Source of the DNA: Chrysochromulina tobinii
Taxonomy: Eukaryota
NCBI GenBank assembly: GCA_001275005.1
Contig: JWZX01002170.1
Coordinates: 1 to 41,684, forward strand
DNA: 41,684 bases
Direction: 5' to 3'
Shown here: in pieces, positions 18,325 to 29,409 of the stretch
Numbering within the stretch: position 1 is the first letter of the stretch
Layout: the number at the start of each line of letters is the position of its first letter
The notes under the pieces: generated by a model
Told to the model about the DNA's origin: nothing
The model's input: only the letters and a program-made list of their open reading frames with translations
Database searches by the model: none
Position numbers and translations under genes: made by a program

Positions 18325-20949
18325 ATGGCGGGCGCCAACTTCTCATCCGTGGTAAACAGCCCTCGTCAGACCTGGGCCACCTTTCTTGGTTTGCCTGATG
18401 ATCTGGACGAGTATACTCTCGAGGATGTTCGCCTTTCTGTCTCTAGCTACATGGTAAAGTCCAGCAACTTGGCACCTTCAGTGCCACACGAGCGCACACT
18501 CACGCTCAGCGACTTCACCGAGTACATGCGCCGGGTGGGCCAACCATACGCTTTCATGGCAGCCCATAGATCGCAGCTTACTGTGGGCGAAGGCTGTGAC
18601 AGCACCTCATTCGCCGCTGTGACTGAGTGTTCTGCTGGATTGAAACAAGTGCCCGCGGTCTGTTTTGAGGAGGACTTCAAGCTATCCCGCCCGCAGACGT
18701 TCGACCAATTCTCACCTCCAGATCAACCATATTCGTCAATGGTGGCCCTGGAGAAGCTGGCTGGCCACCTCGATACGATCGAGCTCAAACTGCTTTCCGA
18801 GGTCTCATCGCGCCAACATTGCTTCTTCACTGTCCTGGCCTCGTACCAACAGCTGCAACAACAGGTGGCAGCCAGTTGTGATCAAATCGAGCAATTGCGT
18901 ACGAAGATGCGCTCACTCGAGGCGAACCTGGTCAACAAGTCTCTGCTCTTGCCTGTCCTCGTCCGGCGCCGTGCTCATTCGGCGGCGCTGCTCGAAAAGC
19001 TGCGGCTCATGCATGCTGCATGGGCGACACAGCCAACCATCCAACAGCTTCTTGCTGCGCGCGACTTTGCTGGTGCCCTCGACCTAATCTCGTCCTCTCA
19101 GAGGTTACTCGCGACCGAGCTGACCGGGATCTGTGCACTGAAAACGCTCGGTCTCTCGCTGGCGACGACAAAGCGACAAATATCGCATATCATGAGCAAG
19201 GACTTTTTGCAGCTCGCTCTGGGCCACGAGGTGGACAGCGAGGTGGCCTCTGCTCCCAAGGAGGTGCTGGCCTCGGAGCTGGAGTCACGCCTTGTGCCAG
19301 TAGGTGTAGGGCTGCTGCGGTTGCGCTTGTTAGGTGAGGCACTGGGAGAGCTCGAGGAGCACCTCTTGCGCACCATACGCGCCCTCGTAAAACGAAGGCT
19401 GCAGGAGGAGTTGACTGTGATGGGACACGAGGATATGGTCAAGGAGGCAGCCATGAGGCTTGATGACACCAGTGGCAAGTCTGGGAGTCCATCCCCGGCG
19501 GTGGATGGAGATGCGCGGCCGCATCCTGAAGCGGCGGAATTCACGGCATCGGCTTCTGTAAGCAGGCAGCTGCAGAAGCTGCCAACGGAAAGGTTCGAGG
19601 CCGTGATGGCGGGCGTAGTGGCATCGGTGATGGTACTGCTGCGCCGTTCCGCTGCTATTCACCAGGCTGTACTCAAGGCTCTTGCGTCGCCGGACGGCCT
19701 TGCTGCGGCCGCGGGAGACGAGGGGCAAGAGTACTCTGCGCAGATGGAAGCGCGCAGCCTCGAGTTGCTCGTCCATGCCTGCGAGCTTGCGCAGGAGCGC
19801 TATATGAAGCTGCTCAACAAGCGGAAGGAAGTACACGCGCGGATGCGCCTTGTCGATTTTGTGCGTGTCAGCAAGTTCGTGCTGGAGTTCATTCGTGACG
19901 TGGCTCACCTGTGTCCAACAGCGCGTTCCGTCCTAGCCACAGAGCTGGAACAGCACACTGCTGAGTTCCTTCGCGCCACGCATGATGCAGCCAAGAGTCA
20001 GCTGACCGCAGTCGTCGAAGCAGAACAGTGGAAGGAGGTCGAGGTGCCGCCTGAATTCCAACGAATTGCTGACGCGCTGGTTCGACATCAGATTCCCATG
20101 CTCGCTGAGTCCGAACTGTTGCTGCTACGCGAGCCGCAGCACCTTGACACGAGCGCCGCGCCACGCGAACTGATCATCGACGGCGTAGGTCACAAAGTGG
20201 TAGGATCGACCCTCATGCTACTGTTGAACGCTGTCTACTATATGCAGTGCGTGGCAGCGATACCAACGGTGGGCCCACAGGTGGCGCAACTCCTACCCGC
20301 CCTGCTCAAGCTGTTCCACGAAATCACATATAAGCAAGTGCTGCATGGTGGCGCGATGCGAGCCGATGCGGCTGCGGGTCTCAAAGTAATCACAGCAAAG
20401 CACCTGGCGCTGGCATCGCAGGCGCTCGCCGTCGTGCTGGCATTCCTGCCGCATCTCAAAGCAATCCTCGCAGCATACGTGCCCGAGAGCCAACGTTCTC
20501 TCCTCAAGTCCACCGACGACGCAGCCACCGACTACGCCAGTCACCAGGACCAGCTGTTCGCAAAGTTGGTAACTATGCTTGAGGATCGGCGTAGGGGTCA
20601 CATGGGTGTGCTGGCGATGCAGCTGACACCCTCAGAGGAGAAGCGAAGGCCGGAACCCACAGAGAGCGTGAAGCTGGTGATTAAGGATATGATGCACATG
20701 TACAAGGTCCTGGAGCCTCTGCTCTGTCGCCAGCAGCTGCACACTGTTTTCGAGCGGCTACTCGCTACTTTCGATGTCGGGCTGCTGGCCGCTTATCGGA
20801 AAGTCGACACCTCCATCCTCTTCACACGCCAGTGTATTGTCGCGGATGTACTATACCTCAAGCAGGAGGTCTCCAAGCTCCATCTCACGCTGCCTAACGG
20901 CTGCTGCCCCGAGCTTGTCGCCTTCGCCAAGTCCCTCAATGTTGCCTGA
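18325..20949 (+). CDS. VPS54: GARP complex subunit Vps54
   Basis: NFSSVVNSP, VPAVCFEEDFKLSRPQTF, EKLAGHLDTIELKLLSEVSSR...FF, EQWKEVEVPPEFQRI, LLKLF...QVLHGGAM...GLKVITAKHLALASQAL are characteristic Vps54 blocks. Confidence 0.93.
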   Translation: MAGANFSSVVNSPRQTWATFLGLPDDLDEYTLEDVRLSVSSYMVKSSNLAPSVPHERTLTLSDFTEYMRRVGQPYAFMAAHRSQLTVGEGCDSTSFAAVTECSAGLKQVPAVCFEEDFKLSRPQTFDQFSPPDQPYSSMVALEKLAGHLDTIELKLLSEVSSRQHCFFTVLASYQQLQQQVAASCDQIEQLRTKMRSLEANLVNKSLLLPVLVRRRAHSAALLEKLRLMHAAWATQPTIQQLLAARDFAGALDLISSSQRLLATELTGICALKTLGLSLATTKRQISHIMSKDFLQLALGHEVDSEVASAPKEVLASELESRLVPVGVGLLRLRLLGEALGELEEHLLRTIRALVKRRLQEELTVMGHEDMVKEAAMRLDDTSGKSGSPSPAVDGDARPHPEAAEFTASASVSRQLQKLPTERFEAVMAGVVASVMVLLRRSAAIHQAVLKALASPDGLAAAAGDEGQEYSAQMEARSLELLVHACELAQERYMKLLNKRKEVHARMRLVDFVRVSKFVLEFIRDVAHLCPTARSVLATELEQHTAEFLRATHDAAKSQLTAVVEAEQWKEVEVPPEFQRIADALVRHQIPMLAESELLLLREPQHLDTSAAPRELIIDGVGHKVVGSTLMLLLNAVYYMQCVAAIPTVGPQVAQLLPALLKLFHEITYKQVLHGGAMRADAAAGLKVITAKHLALASQALAVVLAFLPHLKAILAAYVPESQRSLLKSTDDAATDYASHQDQLFAKLVTMLEDRRRGHMGVLAMQLTPSEEKRRPEPTESVKLVIKDMMHMYKVLEPLLCRQQLHTVFERLLATFDVGLLAAYRKVDTSILFTRQCIVADVLYLKQEVSKLHLTLPNGCCPELVAFAKSLNVA

Positions 20950-21469
20950 TGAACGGACGAGATGGGGCGCAAGGAACAATCACAGTAGCCGTATTCATCC
21001 AAACAGCTACGATGCTACTGCATGTCTCTAGGCTCCACTGCTCCTACTGCATTCCCCTAGGCGAGGCGCGAGGGAGCCAACCTGAATCGTCTATCTCACA
21101 GAGCCGCCGGGTGGCGCCGATTTGCTGATCCACGCGAGCCCCATGCCCTTCTCGCCAATGGCTCCCATGGCCATGCTGCAAAGGTGACGACTATATCTTA
21201 CTATATTTTACGCTGTGCCGTCTAGGCCCGGTCTGCTTGCCCCGTCTTCGACAGCTTCATGGTTCATGCAGCTCATCGACGTGCAACTGTGTGCAACCAT
21301 GATCGTGCATTTTTTGGTGGGTAACGTCACGGCGGTCGACCTGACCTTAGTCAGAAAGAATCCGTCAATGTGACTGGGAGTGTGACGGCGTTGTATCCTA
21401 TCGAGCAAGACGCGGCAGAACTATACAAAAACCAAAACGAAAGGCCTAAAGCGTATAAAACCACCATTT

Positions 21470-24196
21470 TCACAGCTTGGACGTCGGCGCTTCTCGCGCC
21501 GCCTGACTGAGTGGCTTCGCATGCTTGACATGCTTCTCGAGCCACGCGTCCTGCTCCGCAAGTGCATGCAAGATGCTCTCCCTCGCACGGTACCAGTGCC
21601 CCTCATTAGGTAAGAGCACGAGGCGCGCAGTGCCCCCGAGCCCCTTGATGGCGGCAAAGAGTCGTTCGGACTGCATCGGATATGTGCCCGGGTTGGGATC
21701 AGCCTCGCCATGGACGATGAGCAAGGGGGTTTTGATCTTGTCCGCGTGATGAAATGGAGACATGTTCGCGTACGTCTCGGCCGCTTCCCAGAAGCTTCGC
21801 TCCTCCGACTGGAACCCAAACGGCGTGAGCGTGCGATTGTACGCGCCGCTCCGAGCGATGCCTGCGCAGAAGAGCTCGGGGCAGCGCGCGAGGACGTTCG
21901 CCGTCATGAACGCGCCGTATGAGTGTCCTCCAATGGCAAGACGATGGTCCGCGACTCCACGTCGTTGGAGCTCCTGCACCGCCGCTCTCGCATTCATCTG
22001 TATCTGCTCCACGTATGAGTCATTCTCATGGCTCTGCCCTTCGCCGATGATGGGCATGGCAAACCCATCGAGCACCGCGTAGCCCCTCGTGAGCCAGAAC
22101 AGAGGCGACCCCCAACTGACGGTCGTAAACATGTGCGGAGAGCCCCGCACCTGCCCGGCGCTCTTCTTCGACTTGTACTCACGAGGGTACGCCCACAGGA
22201 TTGTCGGTAGCGGCCCGTCCTTCTCGGCATCGTACCCGGCGGGCAGGTAGAGGTTGCCGGAGAGCGGCACGCCGTCTGATCGCTCGTACGTGATCAGGGA
22301 CTTGCGGATGCCTATAAGCCCAGGCTGAGGGTGAGTCGGCTCAGAGAGGGTCGCGAGCAATCGCGACTCATCCGTCTTCGCATCCGCATTCGCGCTCGCA
22401 CTCGAGGCCTCATCCACAGCCTTGAGGAGCATCTGTGGAGGCTGCGATTGCGTCTGCCGTTGCGTGACCAAGAGAAAAAGCTCCTCCCCACCTCCAGCAT
22501 CATCCCCCACTACCGCCGACGCCCTCGCAAGCTTGGCTGCGTGCGAGTGGAGCACGACATACGGCTCGTCGTAGCAGCCAGCCGCCCCTCGCCACAACCG
22601 GCGCATTTTGGTGCCGTCGACCACACGGCGCGTGTCCAAAAATGGGCGGAGCCCCTCTTCAGACGCGCCGGAACCCTCCCAAATAAGGCAAGCCCCATCT
22701 CCGTCCCCAACGCGAGCATCAGATGCAGTGTGGACCTTATGCAGCCGCAGCACGTTGCGCCCGTGTGGACCAGGCTCGAGGAGCGGTGAGCCGGGATGTT
22801 CATACGCATCGCTGAAGTCGTACTCCATGTAGGGCGAGGTCACGTCTCCCCGGCACGAGATGCGGGAGATCGTTGTGCGCCGATCGTGGTACCAACGCTC
22901 CCACAGCAGCGCAGAGCCATCCGAGGCCCACCGGATCGATTGGAAACGCGTCTTGGTGCGCATGAGCTCCGCCGGCGGCCCCTCAAATGGGGCCGCCAGC
23001 AGAAGGACACGATCACGAAAGTCCACCTTCGCCTTGGGATCGCCACCGTCTAGAGCCTCACAGTATTGCAGCATGCACGCCTGGTCGGCTCTCCATCCGA
23101 AGCCTCGAGGACCAGGCCGGCAGGCGTCGTGTCCAATCGGCATTGACTCAAGCGCGTCCGTCGCCTGCAACACCACACTCTTGTTGCTCGCCGTCGCCTC
23201 ACCACCGCCGTGCAGCCGCGGTACAAGAGGCCGCACCTCGATCATGCGTCCGAAGCGTGACCACGGCACTGCGTAACTCAGCTTGTCTGGCCTCAGACTG
23301 GATGTGAGGGCGTGCGTGCCGTCCGGCGACGGGTCGACAGAGTAATAGATGGCAGGAGAGCCGAGGGAGCACTCATGGGCATGGGGTTTGCCGTCCAAGC
23401 TGGTGAGCTCGAGGAGCACAAGCTGAACCGTCGCGTAGTGACGAAACATCTCGGCGTCCTGCTCGGAAGTCAACAGGTTGGGATACGTACGAACCGCCGA
23501 TTTTGAACCGCCAGCAGAGCACTGCTGGACAGAAGGCGACGACGGGAGCGTGGTCGGTGCGGGCGCATTGGCACGCGTGCCGACGGGGCGCTTGATGATG
23601 AGCGACATCGAATCGGGTAGCCAACTGATACCCGAGCCTAAGACGGAGTTGAGGCGCTGCTCTGGGCAGACCGGCGCTGCCTTCGCACTTGCGACGTCCA
23701 TGATCCAGAGCCGGCACGCGGAGTCGTCGCCGACCTCAGATGTGCGCAGGCTGAATGCCAGCTTCTGCCCATCGGGGCTCCAGGCCAGGTGCTCCATGCG
23801 GGCGCCTTCGGGGAGACCGGTGACCATCCTCTTCTCTCTGGTCGCGAGGCTCTGCAGCTCAAAGGCAGTGTAGTACAGGTTGACTCCATTCGTGCCGTGC
23901 GAGTTAAGTGTGCAAGGGTTGAAGCTTGCACCAGCAAGCCTGAGGGTCGGGCAGCTGACGTCCTCGAGCGAAAGCGTCGGTTGGTAGTGGCAATACAGTA
24001 ACTGCTCTTGAATGCGAGGCTGCACGGAGACAGACGGAATCGGCTTGTAATCCACAAGCGCGGTGATGGACTCGGGCGGAATTGCGTAACCTGGCTGTTC
24101 CTGTGATGATTTGCAGTGGATGGTACGACTCGTGCACAGCAGCGCACCAGGCATACAGCCAAGGGCGATGCGGCCAAGCCGTCTGCCCGCGAACAT
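21470..24196 (-). CDS. S9 family serine peptidase, glutamyl endopeptidase (CGEP/S9D-like), with organellar-type N-terminus
   Basis: GGHSYGAFMTAN nucleophile elbow, GIARSGAYNRTLTPFGFQSEER, HGEADPNPGTYPMQSER, LPNEGH, WAYPREYK; beta-propeller WSPDG motifs; Arg-rich N-terminus MFAGRRLGR. Confidence 0.92.
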   Translation of the reverse strand: MFAGRRLGRIALGCMPGALLCTSRTIHCKSSQEQPGYAIPPESITALVDYKPIPSVSVQPRIQEQLLYCHYQPTLSLEDVSCPTLRLAGASFNPCTLNSHGTNGVNLYYTAFELQSLATREKRMVTGLPEGARMEHLAWSPDGQKLAFSLRTSEVGDDSACRLWIMDVASAKAAPVCPEQRLNSVLGSGISWLPDSMSLIIKRPVGTRANAPAPTTLPSSPSVQQCSAGGSKSAVRTYPNLLTSEQDAEMFRHYATVQLVLLELTSLDGKPHAHECSLGSPAIYYSVDPSPDGTHALTSSLRPDKLSYAVPWSRFGRMIEVRPLVPRLHGGGEATASNKSVVLQATDALESMPIGHDACRPGPRGFGWRADQACMLQYCEALDGGDPKAKVDFRDRVLLLAAPFEGPPAELMRTKTRFQSIRWASDGSALLWERWYHDRRTTISRISCRGDVTSPYMEYDFSDAYEHPGSPLLEPGPHGRNVLRLHKVHTASDARVGDGDGACLIWEGSGASEEGLRPFLDTRRVVDGTKMRRLWRGAAGCYDEPYVVLHSHAAKLARASAVVGDDAGGGEELFLLVTQRQTQSQPPQMLLKAVDEASSASANADAKTDESRLLATLSEPTHPQPGLIGIRKSLITYERSDGVPLSGNLYLPAGYDAEKDGPLPTILWAYPREYKSKKSAGQVRGSPHMFTTVSWGSPLFWLTRGYAVLDGFAMPIIGEGQSHENDSYVEQIQMNARAAVQELQRRGVADHRLAIGGHSYGAFMTANVLARCPELFCAGIARSGAYNRTLTPFGFQSEERSFWEAAETYANMSPFHHADKIKTPLLIVHGEADPNPGTYPMQSERLFAAIKGLGGTARLVLLPNEGHWYRARESILHALAEQDAWLEKHVKHAKPLSQAAREAPTSKL

Positions 24197-24415
24197 CCCG
24201 CGAGGCTCCTCGCCCGCCACAGGGCGCCGGAGCGGGAGCCCACAGAAATGGATTTTCACGTGAACGAGAAAATTCAAGTTTGGTTTAACAAGCAAGATTA
24301 GGTACAGTACCGGGTACTTGTGTCGTTTCGACTAATAAGCTTGCTTGCTTGCTACACACGCGCGGTATGGCTCATGGGACATCATGCAGTGATTGGGTTT
24401 CAAAATACGCTCACA

Positions 24416-26341
24416 TCAGCACTCGTAATACATGTGGCTAAACGGGTTCAACGTCAACGCCTCGATGCTATGTCGCAGCTCCGCACGAGCAGCGTCCGGA
24501 CTGTGCACCTTCGGGTTGAACTTCTGAGCCATCTTGGAAGCGTGGCTCTCTTCAACCTGCCTCGAGTGCTCCATCTCGCGCATCTTTCGGCGCTCGTTCT
24601 CCGCGCTAAGCTGCTGCCGCACCTCTTCGGCGGCCTGCTGATTCTTGCGCGCGGTCTTTTCCCGTGCACGACGTACCCCAGCGCCCCTTAGCTCCTTTGT
24701 TTCCATCACTGACCCGGTCATCTTTTCCATGAAGGCCTGGGTGTCCTGCTCTCGGATCATCCGTCCCTCCTGCTGCAGAGCCCGCTCCTTTTCTGCAAGG
24801 GCATCACGTTTCGCTTGGAAGAAGTCTCGCGTTGCTTCTCGAACCTCGGGGCGCGTCTCGTGCTTGACCCTAGCGGCGAAGTCCTGCGTTGCCTTTGTCT
24901 GCTTACGCACAGTTGCGAGAGCCTCTTCCTTCCGCTTTCGGCGCTCCTCGGCGGCTGCAAGGGCAATCATGTGCCCGTGCTTCAAATGCTCTTCGTGCCT
25001 CTTCTCAGTCTCGGCCTTTTTCTCCTGACGCACTTGTAGCGTATGAGCGGCCGTAAGGGTGGCGCGCTCCTGGGCCTTGTTCTGCAGTTCCTGGTATTGC
25101 GACTTTAGCTGGAGCCGCATCTGCACGCCAACTTCACGCTTTTCCGCGGCCAGCGCTTCTGCGTTGGCGATCCTATCGACCTTGGCCTGCTGGAACATCT
25201 GATACTTACTCCTGGTGTACGCTCTGTACTTGTCCTGTTGGCTCTCTTTGAATCTGGCCATCTTTTTCTCAGCCAGGCGCTGCTCCTCCGCCATGATTGA
25301 GTTGCGCTCTCTGACGATGGCTTCGGACAGCATGTGCCTTTGTGTACGAACCCGATAGGCCTTCATTTCGCTGCTAGACGATGCTGCGGATGAAACGCCG
25401 AATGAGACCGGCCCTGCCTCCTCCTCTTCATCCTCTTCCTCCTCCTTCTCCTCGGGTTCTTGGACTTCGTCGTCGGCTGCAGGTGGACCTTCTTCGGTCG
25501 CAATGACACCCTGACCTTCCGCCTTCACCTTGAACCATGCCATCGGGTTGAGCCAGCCGTTCGTGACGCTCGCTTCCTCCACAATGTCTATTAGCCCACC
25601 AATCCTTCCCGAGTGGAACTCCTCCTGCAGCTGATTCATGAACTCGTCAAAGTTGATCTCACCATCTTTGTCCGTGTCGGCGGTGCCCAGAAGCGTCTCG
25701 AGATCCCCGGGGCTCAACGCAAGCTTCGCGGCTGAAAGGACATTTTGCAGCTCGGACATGGAAATTGTGCCAGACTTGTCCGTGTCGAAATCTTCAAAGG
25801 CGAGACGCAGCCTGCCTTGTAGACGCTCCTCAGCCTCGGCCATCGCAGCGGCCGCACGCTCCGACTCGGCCTTTGCAGCAGCCATAGCGGCTTCACGGGC
25901 CAGGCGCTTAGCTTTCGCGGCTTCGTGCCGTTTCAGTGTTTCACGTTGGCGCTCTTTCTTCCTTTTGAGCTCGTCTTGCTCGCGCTGCAGCCGCTGTTGT
26001 TCGAGCTCTTCCTCCCTTTTGAGCACATCTAGCTCGCGTTGCATTTCCTCATATTTCCCACGCTCTTCTTCCCAGCGATTGAGCACCTCGTCTCCCAGCG
26101 AACTGACCCGCCGCCGCAGTTGCACCTTACGTTGATCCACATTCCACACGATGAAGCCACGTTGAGACGAGTACTGCATCAAGTTCAAGCGACTGTCAAG
26201 CGACATTTCAGATGCAGATTCGTTTGACTCGGTGCTTCGGTGGCGGACGTGGTGGTATTGCTGTGTTTCGCGCTGCCATTCATCGAGAGTTTTTGGAGCC
26301 GCCGGCGACGCCTTTGACGGCGTTTGTTGCGCCTCAGTCAT
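24416..26341 (-). CDS. EF-hand pair + long coiled-coil protein
   Basis: EF loops DTDKSGTISMSE and DTDKDGEINFDE flanked by E/R/K-rich coiled-coils. Start uncertain; first ATG is 26341. Confidence 0.8.
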   Translation of the reverse strand: MTEAQQTPSKASPAAPKTLDEWQRETQQYHHVRHRSTESNESASEMSLDSRLNLMQYSSQRGFIVWNVDQRKVQLRRRVSSLGDEVLNRWEEERGKYEEMQRELDVLKREEELEQQRLQREQDELKRKKERQRETLKRHEAAKAKRLAREAAMAAAKAESERAAAAMAEAEERLQGRLRLAFEDFDTDKSGTISMSELQNVLSAAKLALSPGDLETLLGTADTDKDGEINFDEFMNQLQEEFHSGRIGGLIDIVEEASVTNGWLNPMAWFKVKAEGQGVIATEEGPPAADDEVQEPEEKEEEEDEEEEAGPVSFGVSSAASSSSEMKAYRVRTQRHMLSEAIVRERNSIMAEEQRLAEKKMARFKESQQDKYRAYTRSKYQMFQQAKVDRIANAEALAAEKREVGVQMRLQLKSQYQELQNKAQERATLTAAHTLQVRQEKKAETEKRHEEHLKHGHMIALAAAEERRKRKEEALATVRKQTKATQDFAARVKHETRPEVREATRDFFQAKRDALAEKERALQQEGRMIREQDTQAFMEKMTGSVMETKELRGAGVRRAREKTARKNQQAAEEVRQQLSAENERRKMREMEHSRQVEESHASKMAQKFNPKVHSPDAARAELRHSIEALTLNPFSHMYYEC

Positions 26342-26780
26342 CTCGGGAGTCCTTGGCAGCTCTTCGGTCGCCACTTCCGCTGCCGGTGTTGCCTGTCGCA
26401 AGAGCGCCGTAACCGTTCCCTGAACCCCCTTGCTGAGAGGACTCGGGACAAGAGGACAAGCAAGAATGCAACAGCCACTCTCCGACACGCAACGCACCGG
26501 AATCCACTTCTGTCCAATTCACACACACAAAAGGAATCGCACCGAATCTCTTCCTAATAAGGAAAGGGGTTTCATGCAATGAGATCTTGCTGGACCTCTA
26601 GCGAGCTCATAGAGCAGGTATCATCGGATTACCTGACTCATCTCGCGACATAACATACCGGGTACTATGACCTCCAAAACTTGCACCGGTAACGTCCGCG
26701 TCTCATTTTTTCGCTTTGTCTTGTCCGGAGCGTCCGTCGCCCCTTGGGTATTTGCACGAGTGGACGCCGAGTTGAGACCG

Positions 26781-29048
26781 ATGGTGGAGGCAAAGCGTGC
26801 ACGGTTCGACATCGAAGCCGACAATGAGCTCAGGGTCTTCACGTTCGAGGAGGGATTGCTTGGCATGATATTTGGCGGCACGTTGGAGAACGGTGTCGCC
26901 GTTGTCACGGTAGACGATGTGCTACCCAACACGCAGGCTGCTAAGCTGGGCGTCATCGTGGGCTCGATCATCAAGGCTGTCGGCAAGAAGGACGTCACAT
27001 CGATGAAAGCATTGACGGAGGTCACCAAGGCGATAGATATCGAGCCGCGGCCGTTCCAGATCCAAATGTCCGTGCCACCGTCCACAGCAGGGGTGATGCA
27101 CGATCAACGGCAGCCGCCGTCCACTCCGCAGCCGCAGCAACGCCGGTCGATTTTGAAGCTGGGGCCGCAGCCATTTCCTTCGCCCCTGCGGCCCCGAAGA
27201 CCCAGTCGCGAAACGGTGGCCATTTCGCCCCGGTCGCCGCAAACCCTGCTGAAGAATGCAGAAAGGGAGGCCGCGGCGGCCGCAAGGAAGGCAGACGAGG
27301 AGGCGAAGAGGGAGGCCGCGGAGAAGGCGGCGGCTGCAAAGAGGCATGGTGGCAAGGTGGCCGCAGTGGCTGCGAAGAATGCGAAGAAGCAGGCCGCCTG
27401 CGCAGCGAGCGAGGCGGAGTCGTCGTGGGCAGGCTCCTGCTGCCTCGGCTGCGCCTGCCAGGTCGAGCAGCCGCCATCTGCCAAGCCGCAGCTCGACCCT
27501 ACGAAGGTGATTGCGGCGGAAATCCGACAGAGACAGCAGCGCGATGGCCTCGTCGTTATCCCGTGGGAGAGGATCTCGTTCACCAAGACCATAGCCAAGG
27601 GCGCGTTCGGCACCGTCGCACTCGCCAAGCTGCACATGATGCCGTGCGCGGTCAAGATCGCCGATGTGCGCTCGGGCGATGGGTTGGAAGAGGCACTCGC
27701 GCTCCTGAACGAGAGCAACGCGATGCTCAGCCACCCGAACATTGTCAAGACGCTTGGGATCGCCTTCGATGCGCCCGCAAAGATCGGCTTGATTATGGAG
27801 CTCATGAACTGCTCGTTGAACGAGCTCATGCATGCGCACGCCATCAGCGGCGTGCGCAGGTACGTGACTTGGGCGGAGTCGCTGCTCGCGATCGCAACGG
27901 ACATCACGTCCGGCATGGCCTTCCTTCACTATCGTAACATCATTCACCGCGATCTCAAGCCGCTCAACGTGTTATTGACCGACGCATGGTATGCCAAAGT
28001 GGCCGATTTTGGGGAGGTGAAGCTCATGAAAGCAGCAGCTTGCGAGAAGGTCGCCGCCGCCCCGACCTACTCCCAGAGGACGAAGTCATTCATCTCCTTC
28101 TCTGCACTCGCGCTGGATGCCAGCGGGGCCGCGAGCGGTGTGAGCGGTTTCAGCGGCGGCGGCGGGCTGGTATCATCCGACATTGGCAAGTCGGGGGGCG
28201 TACGCATCCATGGAACTCCGTCGTACCTGTCGCCTGAGGCGGCGAGCGTCGACATTCCTACTGCGCCGCGTGTGGGTTCGCCAACGGACGTGTGGAGCTT
28301 TGGGTGCTTGTTGGCGCACTGTGCGGCGCGCGCACCGCCCTACATGGACATTGAAGGTCAATCGACACACGAGGTGATTATGAGGCTGCGGTGTGGTCGC
28401 GCTGAGCCGCTCTCGATGGTCGTCGAAGGCGTCAACATGCCTGCGCCGCTCATGGCCATTGCTCGGGAGTGTACGTGCGTCGCCCCCGAGCAACGGCCCA
28501 CGTTTTCCCAAATCTTCACGCGCCTGTCGGACCCGAACTTGGTCCGTGCGATTTGCTTCGAAGGGGATCGCCTCCACGAGCTTGGAGAGGACGACGAGCT
28601 CGGAGAGGAGGACGAGATGGAGGCACGCCGGCCGCCAGTGTTACTCCCGATGGTCGGGAAGACGTTGAAGGATGGCGAGGAGAAGGCGAGCGCTGTGATG
28701 GCGCGGTCCTCCCTCAAGTCCTCTCTCAAGAGTGGGGACCGATTCCCGGCCGCCAAGGCAGTGAAGGGCTTCATCCAAATTGCCTTTGGAGAGGAGATGG
28801 ACAAGTCGGACGCGAGCCTCGAGGCGGCGTTTGCCAAGCTCGACACGGACCATAGCGGCAAGATCGATCGCAATGAGATGAAGGCGTACATCCTGAGCGT
28901 GTACGACAGGGGCATTGACGACAAGACCATCGGCGATATGATGGCGAGAGCGGGCACGAACAATGATGGGGACGTGGACCTCGACGAGTTTAAGGCCATC
29001 ATGCGTGCCGGGCCCAAAAAGACGAGCCAGAATTGCCCCATTCAATGA
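26781..29048 (+). CDS. PDZ-like domain + tyrosine-kinase-like (TKL) kinase + C-terminal EF-hand pair
   Basis: PDZ-like FEEGLLGMIF...VDDVLPNTQAAKLGVIVGSIIKAV. Kinase IAKGAFGTV, AVK, HPNIV, HRDLKPLN, DFG, GTPSYLSPE, DVWSFG, RPTF. EF loops DTDHSGKIDRNE and GTNNDGDVDLDE (the second is degenerate). Confidence 0.88.
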   Translation: MVEAKRARFDIEADNELRVFTFEEGLLGMIFGGTLENGVAVVTVDDVLPNTQAAKLGVIVGSIIKAVGKKDVTSMKALTEVTKAIDIEPRPFQIQMSVPPSTAGVMHDQRQPPSTPQPQQRRSILKLGPQPFPSPLRPRRPSRETVAISPRSPQTLLKNAEREAAAAARKADEEAKREAAEKAAAAKRHGGKVAAVAAKNAKKQAACAASEAESSWAGSCCLGCACQVEQPPSAKPQLDPTKVIAAEIRQRQQRDGLVVIPWERISFTKTIAKGAFGTVALAKLHMMPCAVKIADVRSGDGLEEALALLNESNAMLSHPNIVKTLGIAFDAPAKIGLIMELMNCSLNELMHAHAISGVRRYVTWAESLLAIATDITSGMAFLHYRNIIHRDLKPLNVLLTDAWYAKVADFGEVKLMKAAACEKVAAAPTYSQRTKSFISFSALALDASGAASGVSGFSGGGGLVSSDIGKSGGVRIHGTPSYLSPEAASVDIPTAPRVGSPTDVWSFGCLLAHCAARAPPYMDIEGQSTHEVIMRLRCGRAEPLSMVVEGVNMPAPLMAIARECTCVAPEQRPTFSQIFTRLSDPNLVRAICFEGDRLHELGEDDELGEEDEMEARRPPVLLPMVGKTLKDGEEKASAVMARSSLKSSLKSGDRFPAAKAVKGFIQIAFGEEMDKSDASLEAAFAKLDTDHSGKIDRNEMKAYILSVYDRGIDDKTIGDMMARAGTNNDGDVDLDEFKAIMRAGPKKTSQNCPIQ

Positions 29049-29409
29049 GCAACGCTTCGTGACAGAGGCCGTAGTATGTAAAAGTACAGTGTTGAGTATG
29101 TGGTGGATGTGCTGACCACAGACCAACTTTTACCATCGAGGCCCACTGGCAGCCATCATGGCAGCTTTGCCTGGGTACGGCGTAGCATAAAAATTCTTTT
29201 ACAGGCCAAAGGTTCGCCATCTCTATCCGAAAAATCGAAAGGAGTTCCTATTCTCCTTATCAGAGTAACGAGAATTTCCAGACATTTTGGATCTTCCGCA
29301 TGCATAGTTGGCTGTATATATTCATAGATGCAATTCATAGCTGCCTTTTGGGTTTCTCTTTCCTTTTCTCCCGGCGTCTGGCCTGTAAGACGGGCGCTTG
29401 CCCACGCGG

